A stretch of DNA of 64,000 bases, from NCBI GenBank assembly GCA_950097015.1, contig CATNEN010000001.1:18042001-18106000 (forward strand). Reading direction: 5' to 3'. The notes below the pieces were generated by a model. That model saw only the letters and a program-made list of their open reading frames with translations. It was not told the DNA's origin and did not search any database. Numbering within the stretch: position 1 is the stretch's first letter; each line of letters starts with the position of its first letter. Source of the DNA: Macrostomum hystrix. Its lineage: Eukaryota > Animalia > Platyhelminthes. A program made the position numbers and the translations under genes. Below are positions 1 through 12,983 of this stretch, piece by piece.

Positions 1-1
1 G

Positions 2-3000
2 CTAGCAGCTGGTGGCGGAATGACTCAGCAGATGCCACATTTTCCGCAACAGACGGGAAATTCCGTCGGGGGATTCCCACAGCATTTTGGATCCGTTAAC
101 GGTGGAATCTCTCAGCAACCAGCAGCTCCGGTGGGATTCCACCAGCAGCCAGTGACTTCAGCTGCGGGATTCCATCAGCAGCCAGTGACATCAGCTGTGG
201 GATTCCACCAGCAGCCAGTGACTTCAGCTGTGGGATTCCACCAGCAGCCAGTGACTTCAGCTGCGGGATTCCACCAGCAGCCACAGTCATCAAGTTCTGG
301 ATTTCCCCAGCAGCCACCGTCATCAAGTTTGGGATTTCCTCAGCAGCCACGGTCATCAAGCGCGGGATTTCCCCAGCAGCCAATATCATCAAGCGCCGGA
401 TTTCCCCAGCAGCCACAGTCATCAAGCGCCGGATTTCCCCAGCAGCCACTATCATCAAGTTCGGGATTTCCCCAGCAGCCACCGTCATCAAGTTCGGGAT
501 TTCCCCTGCAGCCACCGTCATCAAGTGCGGGATTTCCCCAGCAGCCACCGTCATCAAGTGCGGGATTTCCCCAGCAGCCACAGTCATCAAGTTCGGGATT
601 TCCCCAGCAGCCACCGTCATCAAGTTCGGGATTTCCCCAGCAGCCACCGTCATCAAGTGCGGGATTTCCCCAGCAGCCACAGTCATCAAGTTCGGGATTT
701 CCCCAGCAGCCACAGTCATCAAGTTCGGGATTTCCCCAGCAGCCACCGTCATCAAGTGCGGGATTTCCCCAGCAGCCACAGTCATCAAGTTCGGGATTTC
801 CCCAGCAGCCACCGTCATCAAGCGCGGGATTTCCCCAGCAGCCAACATCATCAAGCGCCGGATTTCCCCAGCAGCCACCATCATCATGTGCAGGATTTCC
901 CCAGCAGCCACCATCATCATGTGCAGGATTTCCCCAGCAGCAAATCATTTCGAATTCGGGATTTCCACAGCAGTCAGCTTCCATGACAGCGGGACATTCG
1001 CAGCAGCTAGCAGTATCTATGATGGGATTCTCCCAGCAACAGGGAGCTACACCTGGATTTCCGCAGTTTCCCGAATCTTCTTTGGGAAGATTTAGTGGTG
1101 TCTCTCAACAGCAGGCCAACTCCTCAGCAGGATTTCCTCAGCGTCAGCAGCTTTCCTCTTGGGGATTTTCCCAGCTTCCTGAAACATCGACTGGCGCGTT
1201 TTCTCAGCCTATGCAAACGGTTTTTGCTGCCAATGCGTCGCCCCAGCAACCCAGCGTGTCAGGGCTTCGATTTCCTCAGCAGCCAGGAACGTCCAGTGCA
1301 GGACTTCCTGGAAATTCCTCAGGTTCTCAACAGCCAGCACCCGAAAAGTCTAGTTACCCCCAGCAACCAGGACCTTCTGTTGGAGCATTTCCACAACAAC
1401 AGTCAGTTTCGACCGGAGGATTCCCCCAGCAACCGTCAGTTTCGACCTGGGGATTCCCACAGCAACCAGCAGCATCAATCGGAGGATTCCCCCAGCAACC
1501 GTCAGTTTCGACCGCGGGTTTCCCCCAACAACAGTCAATATCGAACGGAGAATTCCGCCAGCAAGCGTCAGTATCGACCGGGGGATTCCCCCCGCAACCG
1601 TCAGTTTCGACCGGGGGATTCCCCCAGCAACCGTCAGTTTCGACCGCGGGGTTCCCCCAGAAACCGTCAGTATCGACCGGGGCATTCCCCCAGCAACAGT
1701 CAGTTTCGACGGGAGGATTCTCTCAGCAACCGGGAAATTTCGTTAATAACTATCCCCAACAACCAGCCGGTTTTTCATCTGTGCCGAACCAGTTTGTTCA
1801 GCCGCAGCAGCCACCACTTGTCGAGCCACTGAAACCTCAGCAGCAACAGCAGCAGCAGCAGCAGCCTTGCAGCCTTCCAGCAGTGCGACCCACAGGGTTT
1901 GCCCAGCAGCCAGTATTAAACACTGAGGCAGCCAAGCCATCTTCTGGTGCCTCAACACCCCAGCAGCAGCAGCAGCAGCAGCAGCATCAGCAGCAGCAAG
2001 TGAGTAGCGATAGCCAGCAAGCAACCAAAAACAACAGCAGCAACGGTAGCCGCAGCCTGTTGGACTCAGTAGCTGATGACTCGGCCGCAGCTGCTGCGGC
2101 AGTGCTGAAGCCGTCTGTGCTAACCAGCGCCGAGCGGGAACTGCAAGTAGCCGAGGCTCAGCTGCGCAAACAGAGCGGAGTGGACCGGCTGTCAGATAAT
2201 CTGCTGTTCAATCAGCTGATTGCCGACACGGAGCGGTTGGGTCGCAGGCTGCCCGTGCCCGACGCCTGGCAGCTGCACCAAGCGGCCCTAAAAGCTCTAC
2301 TTGGAGGCCATCAGCGTCGCCCGGCAACCGTTGCTATGTGCCATCCTATGCAGAATCGATCCCCAGAGTGCGTGCCCTACGATTCCAATCGGGTGATAGT
2401 GGGCGACGATTCTGCCTACCTGAACGCCAGCCTTGTCCACTGGCAGAGCACTAGGCTCATACTGGCTCAGCAGCCAACCAAATCTCAGCTGGCCTCATTC
2501 TATCGCATGCTGGTCCAATACGGCTGCGAGCTGATGTGCCAGCTGGGGCCGTCCGTGCCCGGGCTGGCTCCCTATTGGCCAGATGCCAAAGGAGAATCGG
2601 CCAACTACGGCCCGGTTGAGGTGACCGTGCGGGCCTTGCACCCTGGAGAGGCCGACTGCACGGAACGTGTCATCGCCGTGCGGGTTGGTGATGCGTCCCG
2701 CACACTGGTCATGCTGCAGGTAGGCCTTCCTAACCTTATTCTTGTTACCGATGTACTTGGGGTAATGCCCGATTGATCTGGTAGGGTAATGACAGATTGA
2801 TATACTAGGGACATGATGACAGATTGATATACTAGGGACATGATGACAGATTGATATACTAGGACATGATGACAGATTGATATACTAGGACATGATGACA
2901 GATTGATATACTAGGGACATGATGACAGATTGATATACTAGGACATGATGACAGATTGATATACTAGGGACATGATGACAGATTGATATACTAGGGACAT

Positions 3001-5214
3001 GATGACAGATTGATATACTAGGGACATGATGACAGATTGATATACTAGGGACATGATGACAGATTGATATACTAGGGACATGATGACAGATTGATATTCT
3101 AGGACATGATGACGGATTGATCTAGTAGGGTAATGACGGATTGATCTAGTAGGGTAATGACGGATTGATCTAGTAGGGTAATGACGGATTGATCTAGTAG
3201 GGTAATGACGGATTGATCTAGTAGGGTAATGACGGATTGATCTAGTAGGGTAATGACGGATTGATCTAGTAGGGTAATGACGGATTGATCTAGTAGGGTA
3301 ATGACGGATTGATCTAGTAGGGTAATGACGGATTGATCTAGTAGGGTAATGACGGATTGATCTGTCCCATCGCAGGTGCACTCGGACTACCCGGCAGCAG
3401 TTGAGCGCGCCTGTCAGGTGCTGAGCGATCAGCGCTCTCCGCTGCGTCCCGTCTGCTTGGTCTGCCCGGACGGGTCGACCAAGTGCGGCCTGTTTGGCGC
3501 CCTCCTGGCCGCCAGGCATCAGCTCAAACTGGACGGCAAAATGCCGCCTCTGGTTGACATCGCAGCCTCCCTTGCCAGCCAACGGCCCTGCGTACTGTCC
3601 GACCCGCAGCAGCTGCAACATTTGTACGCCAACTTTCACGAGATCTGCCAGATACTGCTTCGAAAGAAGGGCGTTCTGGTGCGCCAGTCGTCTACCGCAG
3701 CCGCTGCCTCCGCCGCTGTCGCCGCCGCGGCCGCTGCAGCTGCGGCTAAGTCCACATCTCGAGTAGCTAGCAGCGAGAGATCCTCGCCTACTCAAGGCAC
3801 AAGCTGCGGTGAGTTTTGTGAGGCTACAAACACTTTAAGGGGGTGATTAAAATATGGTTACCTGGACATTGCATCCTTGAGTTTGTGATTTCCTGGAATG
3901 GACATCCTCGGGGGTCAGTGGCCTACGCGTTTGCCTCTCGCACCGAGGCGAGGCCACATTAATTTGGGGCGCAGTCGCTGAAAGTGTCACTAGTGTCACT
4001 AAATGATGTGCCATGCCCGCAGCCCTCCTGCAATTATATACATGTATAATGACATTCTCAGGTATGCGATTTCCGGGAAATAGTATACTCGTACTTCAGG
4101 GATCGGGTTTCCTGGAAAAGTATACCGAGTTTTCCGGGAAACTGTTTTCTTGGTGCTTAGGTTTCCTTGATATCGTAACCTATAAGACAATCTTTGCCTA
4201 AAATAATTCTCAAGGGCCATAATTTCCAGTAAATTATATCCTACTTACTGAATGAGATTTCCTGCAAAAAATATTGGATTCTTTTTAATAAATAGAAAAT
4301 AGCTTTAATTTTCTTTACTTGCCTACTTACAGTAGTGTAGGGGGCGAGTGGGTCAGCGGCTAACGTCGCTGCCTCGCACTCCAAAGGACGCTAGTTCGAT
4401 TCACCCTTCAAGTCACGATTAATTTCGGGACTTGTTGGGGGGTTTGGACAGTAGCGACCGGCGGAGGTGCACCATATTTCGTGCAATCAAAGCTTGAAAT
4501 AATAGCTTCGCTCCTACCTTCTGTGTGCCTGTTCTGCGTTGTGTGAGTTGTGTGCGTTGGCGCTGGGGCCTGAGACCTTGCGGGGGGGGGGTGGCTGGAG
4601 GGCGGGTGTACACCGCCGCGCGCTTTCTGGACTTCCGTCAGCGCGATTGGATAAGTGTACACTTATCACCCGGCCCCCCTGAGGACTGATTTCTTATCAG
4701 CCTTCCGCGCCCCGGCTTGGTCTGCTATGTGCGTGTGGGGCTGGGGTGGGGGGGCACTGCTGCCTATTCTGGGTGCCTCCTGCCCTCCCCGGCTGGTCTG
4801 TGCTGCTGTGTGTGGTGCCTGCTCAGGGGAGGCGGCGCGATGGGCGCAAAAGCGCCTAGTTCGCCGGTCTGGGGGCGTGCCGCTCCGTCGCTTGTGCGAC
4901 AAGTGCCCCGGGCCCCCTGCAGATAGATAGAGATACAGTAGTGTAAATTTCTCGAAACTCGAAATTTCTCCGCTGCTTCAGAGCCATCCAAGCCTGAGGC
5001 GGCTGGTGGTGCGTCAAGCAATGGGTCGCCAGCCAAGGACTTTCTGCAGTCGCTGGACGCGAAGAACATCCGTATCGAACCGGTGCCAGAGGACAAGCGA
5101 CGCATTCGACGCGAAGATTTCAACAGCGGCCGAGAGAGTCGACTAAAACCGGAGCAGGTGCCGAACGATCCATTCAGCTCGCTGGATCCGCTCTGGTCGC
5201 ATCATAAGCAATGA
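2..5214 (+). CDS. PTPN23: PTPN23/HD-PTP-like pseudophosphatase, 3' part (exons <2..2719, 3376..3808, 4982..5214; 5' part outside window)
   Basis: Pro/Gln-rich region followed by PTP motifs (NRSPECVPYDSNRV, YLNAS, AQQP, YWP, degenerate VCPDGSTKCG, QR..L). GT-AG junctions keep frame (phase 0, then phase 1). Last exon ends DPFSSLDPLWSHHKQ*, matching the DPL..LDPLW C-terminus of HD-PTP. Confidence 0.85.
130..940 (+). repeat. Coding 33-bp tandem repeat (11-aa unit GFPQQPPSSSA)
   Basis: Repeated ggatttccccagcagccaccgtcatcaagt.. units in frame. Confidence 0.95.
2778..3363. repeat. Intronic minisatellite, 26-27 bp unit switching to a related 24 bp unit
   Basis: gatgacagattgatatactagggacat xN, then aatgacggattgatctagtagggt xN. 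Confidence 0.95.
4340..4933 (+). mobile_element. tRNA-derived SINE in PTPN23 intron
   Basis: A-box-like TGGGTCAGCGG, B-box-like GTTCGATTC, (AGAT)n tail, 12-bp TSD TACAGTAGTGTA at 4328-4339 and 4934-4945. Confidence 0.8.
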
Positions 5215-6355
5215 ATGCGGATTTGGACTAAGTATTTTTCTTATCAATTTAGCAAGGAAAAATTTACTTTCTTTTGGCAATTTCATTTCCGAAAATACAT
5301 TTTACGTTCAGATGTCGACTGTTCTACTTACAGCGAATCTATCAGTAGTGTGAACGTGCACTTTTGTTAAAATTTACATAGAAAACAGTAAATTCAATGT
5401 AATTAATTAAGAAACATTTTCGCTTTTTTAATTTAATTCAATCCATGATATTAATTTGCGTATTCAGTTATCTTTGCTTTTTGATAAGCAATTTTCTACT
5501 TCTCTACTCAACCATAAAGGGCGTCTCTTTGATTTAATGTCCAAAAGCACATTACTTATGAAAGCTTTCATGACTGTCTCGGTGATGCACGGATGCTGTC
5601 AGTGAATTCAAGTAAAAACAAGGCCCAAATACTCCTCTTTATAAATTGAAGTTTTTTGCGTTATCCGGGTGAATACAAAGAAAATGTGACTACCTTTAAT
5701 TTCCTTTTATTGCTTTACTATCTATCTCTTTCTTTTCGTGATTGTGATCCATTGCTTTTCTAATCAGTTTGTACATTATATAAATGATTTTTCATGCTTA
5801 AACCTCCACTTCAGTTTGTTCAGTTATTTGCCACAGATCTCGTTTTCGGTTTCTGAAGATATTCAGCAAAATAAATGTTCGATTCACTGTGCAAGGAGAA
5901 ACGAACAGAAGGTTTAACACATTCTATTGCTTTCGATTTGTGTTTCCAAGCAATTGTAAAATAAAATGTGTTTTATCTCATTTAGATTCTTTGCGAATTG
6001 GTACGTACATAACTACTGTTAGTAGAGTAAGTTAAATCCACTTCCATTTAGCTTTCCACTAGCTATGTAAGCGCAGAGAAGCATGCATTTTTCGATACAT
6101 ATAGGCATTAATATCTCTTATTTACATAATTACTTCGAATACAATATTCTATTTAGTTATTCTATTCGGGAGCGCTTTTATTTTTATTTTTATATGTATT
6201 AAAAAAAAAATTTAAAGCTACATGTCAACTAGCATCCCCAGATGGTTTTGGAATAAAATAAGAAACAGATGCTAAGAAAATAAATTTCGCTTACTGTATG
6301 TATAGCCTAGTCCTAGTTTAGAAAACCTTCACAAAACCTTATCAAAAGCAAAAGT

Positions 6356-6426
6356 TGCATCGGCCGGGAATCGAACCCGGGCCGCCCGCGTGGCAGGCGA
6401 GCATTCTACCACTGAACCACCGATGC
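6356..6426 (-). tRNA. tRNA-Gly (GCC)
   Basis: Reverse complement GCATCGGTGGTTCAGTGGTAGAATGCTCGCCTGCCACGCGGGCGGCCCGGGTTCGATTCCCGGCCGATGCA, followed by a TTTT Pol III terminator. Confidence 0.97.
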
Positions 6427-6691
6427 TTACCTCCGAATAGACAACTGTCCTCCTTTGTACGAGAAGCCGAAAAAGTTACGACCACATTCACATGGCACGT
6501 ATCAGAGGCCATGGAAGAGATTATAGTGGATTTGATCAGGTTGAAATTGCAGAAATATTAGGGCAGTGCTTTTTTAAATATCGCTTGACATCAAAATGTA
6601 TCAACTGCTATGTGCTCATACGTTACTCAATTAATATCAATATGGCATGACAAGAACGAAACACGCAATTTCCATACACTCCATCAACATG

Positions 6692-7337
6692 CTCTCCCGT
6701 GTCTCATCTCTCCCGTGTCTCATCTCTCCGGTGTCTCATCTCTCCCGTATCTCATCTCTCCCGTGTCTCATGTCTCCCTTGTCTCATGTCTCCCGTGTCT
6801 CATGTCTCCCGTGTCTCATCTCTCCCGTGTCTCATCTCTCCGGTGTCTCATCTCTCCCGTGTCTCATCTCTCCGGTGTCTCATCTCTCCCGTGTCTCATC
6901 TCTCCCGTGTCTCATGTCTCCCGTGTCTCATCTCTCCCGTGTCTCATCTCTCCCGTGTCTCATCTCTCCCGTGTCTCATCTCTCCCGTGTCTCATCTCTC
7001 CCGTGTCTCATGTCTCCCGTATCTCATCTCTCCCGTGTCTCATCTCTCCCGTGTCTCATCTCTCCCGTGTCTCATCTCTCCCGTATCTCATCTCTCCCGT
7101 ATCTCATCTCTCCCGTGTCTCATGTCTCCCGTGTCTCATCTCTCCCGTGTCTCATCTCTCCCGTATCTCATCTCTCCCGTGTCTCATCTCTCCCGTGTCT
7201 CATGTCTCCCGTGTCTCATCTCTCCCGTGTCTCATCTCTCCCGTGTCTCATCTCTCCCGTGTCTCATCTCTCACGTATCTCATCTCTCCCGTGTCTCATC
7301 TCTCCCGTGTCTCATCTCTCCCGTGTCTCATCTCTCC
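6692..7337. repeat. ~17-bp minisatellite (ctcccgtgtctcatctc)
   Basis: Direct tandem units; same family inverted at 17367-17770. Confidence 0.95.
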
Positions 7338-7574
7338 ACTCTTTCATCATCCTTTGTCGACACTTTAAGTTAGGGCAAGTCCTGCTCAGTAGAATCAGAT
7401 AATATTAAGCCATTATTTGAGTTGGAAATTGCAAATAATTTTATTCCAGCCACAGCAGCTTGACTGACTGTGCGATATGCAAATCGAATTAAAAATCCAA
7501 TTTTTTAAATTGGGAAATTAGGCTGCCTGAATATAGCTTTAAATTAAACGGGCTGAATGCTCAGTTCCAAACAT

Positions 7575-8826
7575 CTATTCCTTCACCATCATGGCCATGA
7601 ACTCTTTTAAGTCGATCTCGCCGTCGCCATTCAGGTCGGCCTCGCGAATCATCCCCTCCACATCCTCGTCTGTGAGCTGCTCGCCCAGGTTGCCCATGAA
7701 GTCTTTGAGCTCTGCCGCGGAGATGGATCCGCTGCCATCTGTGTCCAATATCTGCCCAGATAGGGAGGCTTGTGGTCTCAACAACCAGTGGAAGAGACAG
7801 TAGATGGGTGTGGGACAGTAGATGGGTGTGGGACAGTAGATGGGTGTGGGACAGTAGATGGGTGTGGAACAGTAGATGGGTGTGGGACAGTAGACGGGTG
7901 TGGGACAGTAGATGGGTGTGGAACAGTAGATGGGTGTGGGACAGTAGACGGGTGTGGGACAGTAGATGGGTGTGGGACAGTAGATGGGTGTGTGACAGTA
8001 GATGGGTGTGGGACAGTAGACGGGTGTGGGACAGTAGATGGGTGTGGGACAGTAGATGGGTGTGAGACAGTAGATGGGTGTGGGACAGTAGATGGGTGTG
8101 GGACAGTAGACGGGTGTGGGACAGTAGATGGGTGTGGGACAGTAGATGAGTGTGGGACAGTAGATGGGTGTGGGACAGTAGATGGGTGTGGGACAGTAGA
8201 TGAGTGTGGGACAGTAGATGGGTGTGGGACAGTAGATGGGTGTGGGACAGTAGATGAGTGTGGGACAGTAGATGGGTGTGGGACAGTAGATGGGTGTGGG
8301 ACAGTAGATGGGTGTGGGACAGTAGATGGGTGTGGGACAGTAGATGGGTGTGGGACAGTAGATAGGTGTGGGACAGTAGATAGGTGTGGGACAGTAGATA
8401 GGTGTGGGACAGTAGATGGGTGTGGGACAGTAGATGGGTGTGGGACAGTAGATGGGTGTGGGACAGTAGATGGGTGTGGGACAGTAGATGGGTGTGGGTG
8501 AATGTGTCAGTGATTAACTAGATGATCCGCCGACTCACCCGGAAGGCCTCCTTGAGCTCGGCCTCAATGTCCGTGTCGTTGATTCGCTTGCCCATGAGGA
8601 TGCAGAATTCGTTAAAGTCGATGATGCCGTTGCCGTCCAGGTCGATTTCTCTGATCATGTCCTGCAGCTCGGCTTCGGTTGGATTCTGTCCCAGCGCTCG
8701 CATGACCGTGCCCAGCTCCCGGGTGGAGATGTAGCCAGTGTTGCCCATGTCGAACAGGCCGAAGATCTCCTTTATTTCATTTATCTGGTCCTCAGTCATG
8801 TCCACGATGCCATCGCGGGTTGCCAT
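7575..8826 (-). CDS. Calmodulin-like protein, 154 aa (exons 8826..8539, 7751..7575)
   Basis: Four EF-hands, [21 protein letters not shown] motif, phase-0 GTGAGT/CAG intron joins ELKEAFR|ILDTDGSG. Confidence 0.93.
7796..8497. repeat. Intronic 15-bp minisatellite (gacagtagatgggtgtgg-type)
   Basis: Tandem units fill nearly the whole calmodulin-like intron. Confidence 0.9.
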
Positions 8827-10103
8827 TTTATTTGCTATATGCAGTGTAATTATTTAACTGGGCTCCCATGAGTAATCCTAGTTGCTTGCGATAAGCAATA
8901 TAGCTACTTCATGTAGATGTCTATGGTAAGACTCAAAAAAATATACTCGGTTGAGCACTCGGCCGTCACGACTAACGACCGTCTGGTTGGACTTATTTGC
9001 TCCAAGGAACACTAGAAGAAGGGTGGGACACTTCGTTTATTTGAAAAAATATAAAATGCAGCTTTTCACGGATAAATGCACTGCGGCATTGTTCAATGCT
9101 GTTTTTTAATATATTTTAGCGTCTCGCAAAATGAAATGCGGCGAGGAAGATGCATACACAAATTTATTATCAAAATTTCTTTACATATTGAGCGTGGGGA
9201 GGTGCGAGAGCGTGGCGTGAGTCAAAACACCCGGCTTAGCGCGCCGGCTTGCGGTACTCCCACCCCTCGGCTAGGCGGCCGGAGTTTGAGTGTGACTGCA
9301 CCGCAGACGGCGCTGCGTGCCGCCACCACAATATTCAAATAAATAAATTTTGCTTCGACGAATTTTAGAATGGTTTAGAATGAATAATTTGATCTTCACT
9401 TTATTTTCGTTTATTTATCATGAAGCACAATAGCGCCATACCTAGACGAGCGCAAGTGTATTCTATTCTATGATTAGAAAGTAGAACCTGGCACTGACCT
9501 TGACCCTGCATTCTGATTGGCTTATTTCTCTTTCGTTCGGGTATTATTGCACGACATGTATTCAACACACAGACTTCGGATAGTATCCCAAGATAATAAT
9601 AGCACGTAAGCAAAACGTAGTCAGCTAACATTCAGCTAATATTAATGCTCCCGACAGTGAATTAAGCCATTCGGTTGGCAGTGCACACGACTGATTACCA
9701 CTTATCCCCCAGAGTGCATACCCCCACACATCAATTGAGTTTATTCGTCTCCGTTCCTTCGAGTCATGCTAAGAAGAGAGATAATGAACTCACGATTGCA
9801 GTCATTGTTTTGCCAAACGGCCGGTCATGCAGTTTAGCGCGAAATTTGGTATTCACGCAAACAAAAAACCGCTCTAAGCTAGCTTTTATTAATGACGATT
9901 ACCTTTATTAATTAGTGTTCCTCCTCGACTAAGGAATGATTAAACTTGTTTTCACTTTATTTCCGCTTCCTCGTCAACAAATAATATTATGCTAATACAT
10001 TAGGTATATATATATTAAGAACGCCAACACTTTCTTAAATTTGTATTTACGATCATTCAGGGCATAATCTTGTAAAATATTTAATTTTCTTTGACCTTCT
10101 GAA

Positions 10104-10612
10104 ATGATCAGAACAGAGCTATTCGCCACTGCTGCTATTGTCGTGGCTTTTGCCAGTGTAGCGAGCTGTACGGTGAACTCATGCTCAGGCTCCGACTGCA
10201 TTATCTACGACTTGTTTAGCACGCAGTCCCAGTGCGTGGAAGTTCAAAATGAGGCTCCACTCGGTGGCTGTGTTTGGTATGCTGGCATGAGCGCCTTTGT
10301 GGACCAGGTAGCTAAAGGTGGTCGCATCATCGCGTATAAGATCCAGTGGTTCAACGGTCGATGGAGTGGTTGGTAAGTTTCTGGCGTTTGACTTAACAAA
10401 CAAATTGAATCGACTTTTAGACAAATGGAATACAACATTTCCTTTTTACTTGTTCACATTGCAGGTATGTTCCAGGGGTGAACGACATTGATTGGAAGTT
10501 CAACACCAACTCGGTTTCGTGCAGCGTGCCATCAGCGGCTAATAGCATGCGTCGTGTTTGGTCGTACTTCACTGACCACACCCATAGCTACATCATCTGC
10601 AAGTCGCCCTGA
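10104..10612 (+). CDS. Small secreted protein, 138 aa, resembling Hydra nematoblast-specific nb001 family; copy 1 (exons 10104..10372, 10465..10612)
   Basis: Signal-peptide-like N-terminus. TG|GTAAG..CAG|G splice restores AYKIQWFNGRWSGWYVPGVNDIDWKFN..RRVWSYFTDHTHSYIIC. Family assignment is from recall. Confidence 0.8.
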
Positions 10613-12348
10613 ATGTCGCCATGAACTCAAACTGACGCACTGTGACGAAATTGTTACTAACAAGTTTGAGAGGTTTTCGGAAAAATTTATTCAGAAAATT
10701 TGAAACCAACACTATTCACGCCTTGCCCTTATTTTGTGGTAAAACTAAAGTTTCAGGTGCTTTTACCCATACACCTCATGATTTAGAAATTCCAACGTAA
10801 TATTACGACAGAAGAACACGCAATTACGAGCTACAATTACGTTTCGCGTGCAAAACTAAAGAAATGCTACGCTCGTAATAAAACCTGTCAGTTTTAGTAA
10901 ATTCGTTGATTTTGTTTGAGTAGCACCTTCACAACTGATGAAGCACTGAAATAAATACACGGAATACATAAGTAGACTTCTCCTCCTTCACTAGAACCTG
11001 GACTTCATACTTAAACTCAAAGCGCATGCAGTTTCAAGATTTAACTCTGAGTCTACTTCGCTATTGCCATGCTAAGCTTGCTTTATAGAGATATCACTGG
11101 ATCCAAATCCAATCAAGACGGTCTAAGGGGCCCTTATTGTAAGCGGTCCAAACCGTCGAACACGTTAAATGCATTGTCTGTGGGTACACCGACTAGAGCT
11201 CGCGTCGGCCAAGCGAGTGCCATGAAGCTTTAATACTGTCATGCAATTTCCAGTGGAAGCCAGACAGCCGATCAGATTGGTTTATGCGGATACCAATCGG
11301 ACGGCACACCCTGGCTGACACAGTCAAAGTCGTTCGTCAACGAGGTTGCGCACGACAACAGTACACCCAAATCGAAGCCTACGTAAAGCCTGCGCTATAC
11401 CAGTCTTCACGAAGCCGGTGTGCAACGAGTTACGGGAAAAAGCAGCACCGCTTTAGAGTTTAACATAGGAGTTTCTATAAGTCTACAGAAGAATTTCAGT
11501 GCCATCCTATCGGGTTCTGTAGTTACAGGCAACAAACAGGAATGTGTTGCAACTTCGGAACCGGGTGGGGCTGGAGACAATATGGATGGCGGCGCTGACT
11601 GCAGTGATCGTCCAAGGAAGAGAATGCGCTTGGAGGTTTGCGGGGACACAAACAAAAGTGACCATCTATTTCGAATGATTACCTGTTGGATTGAAACAAA
11701 CTAACTTCTTCGACGTTCAAGTATATTTTTTCAGAAATATATTGTTGCTGTTGCGTGTTGATTTATCTGGCCCGGATATGGTAACTTCTTTGGCCGGGCC
11801 ATAGTCATTCGATAATATAATTTTCTTCAGCATCCCTAATCCCCGCTCTTACTCGAAAACGATGGACGCTTGTGATCTGCATGCTGTTCCAGTCAAGGCC
11901 CGACAAAGTAATGATAATGTGTGCCGAAAAATACAGTACGAATCGATATGTTTAACAAATACACCCGATATAGCACAGCCTATGTGACACTGTAAGTGTT
12001 ACAGTGTTACAGTTCTTGGTGTGTTAAATGTACTAACTGGGCTAGGGGAATAAGGCGTCCATTTATTTTGTGTTCCAAAACGGACGGCACCAACTGTCAT
12101 GCGCGAGTGCCGAGAGCCCTGGTCTGCAAATAGAAGTTAATAATTATAATCATTAAGTACAGTGGGACATTATAAAGGGGTTAAAGCTTTTACAATGACA
12201 CTTCTACAAACCACGACTTCGTTTTCATGTAATTAAAAATATAGAATACAAACTAGCAAGTTTTGCCCCCCCCTTCAGGAAGCGGAAATATTTTTAATTC
12301 GTCCAGTATATACTTTTTAGCAGCTGTATTTTCAGCTTTTTAAAGCTA

Positions 12349-12822
12349 CAATGATCCCCAGTTGACAATGATCCCCCCAGTTGACAATGATCCCCCAGTT
12401 GACAATGATCCCCCAGTTGACAATGATCCCCCAGTTGACAATGATCCCCCAGTTGACAATGATCCCCAGTTGACAATGATCCCCCAGTTGACAATGATCC
12501 CCAGTTGACAATGATCCCCCAGTTGACAATGATCCCCCAGTTGACAATGATCCCCCAGTTGACAATGATCCCCCCAGTTGACAATGATCCCCCAGTTGAC
12601 AATGATCCCCCAGTTGACCATGATCCCCCCATTTGATGATGACTCCCCATTGATGATGATCCCAAGTTGACAATGTTCCCCCAGTTGACAATGCTCCCCC
12701 AGTTGACAATGTTCCCCCAGGTTGACAATGATCCCCAAGTTGACAATTATCCCCCATTTGACCATGATACCCAATTTGATGATGACTCCCCATTGATGAT
12801 GATCCCAGTTGACAATGATCCT
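12349..12822. repeat. 18-19 bp minisatellite (gttgacaatgatccccca)
   Basis: Tandem units. Confidence 0.95.
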
Positions 12823-12983
12823 CAGTTTAATTTTTATATTAGCTGCTTTTGTAGAAAATTGAGCAGAACAACATGAAATGAATATTAGGCAAAATTATTA
12901 TCATACAAATATACATCATTATGACGTTATAAGATAACAAAATCTAAATGTAGAGAATTCGATTCAATGACAAAAGAAACATT

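Noticed and set aside
96-1832. Alternative-frame and antisense ORFs over PTPN23
   Set aside because: By-products of the coding tandem repeat
6610-8501. Long ORFs such as (SSLPCLISPVSHL)n and (TVDGCG)n
   Set aside because: Translations of stop-free minisatellites; the second lies in an intron on the opposite strand
10935-10952. Hammerhead-like CTGATGA..GAAA
   Set aside because: Stem II too short and no stem I/III pairing found
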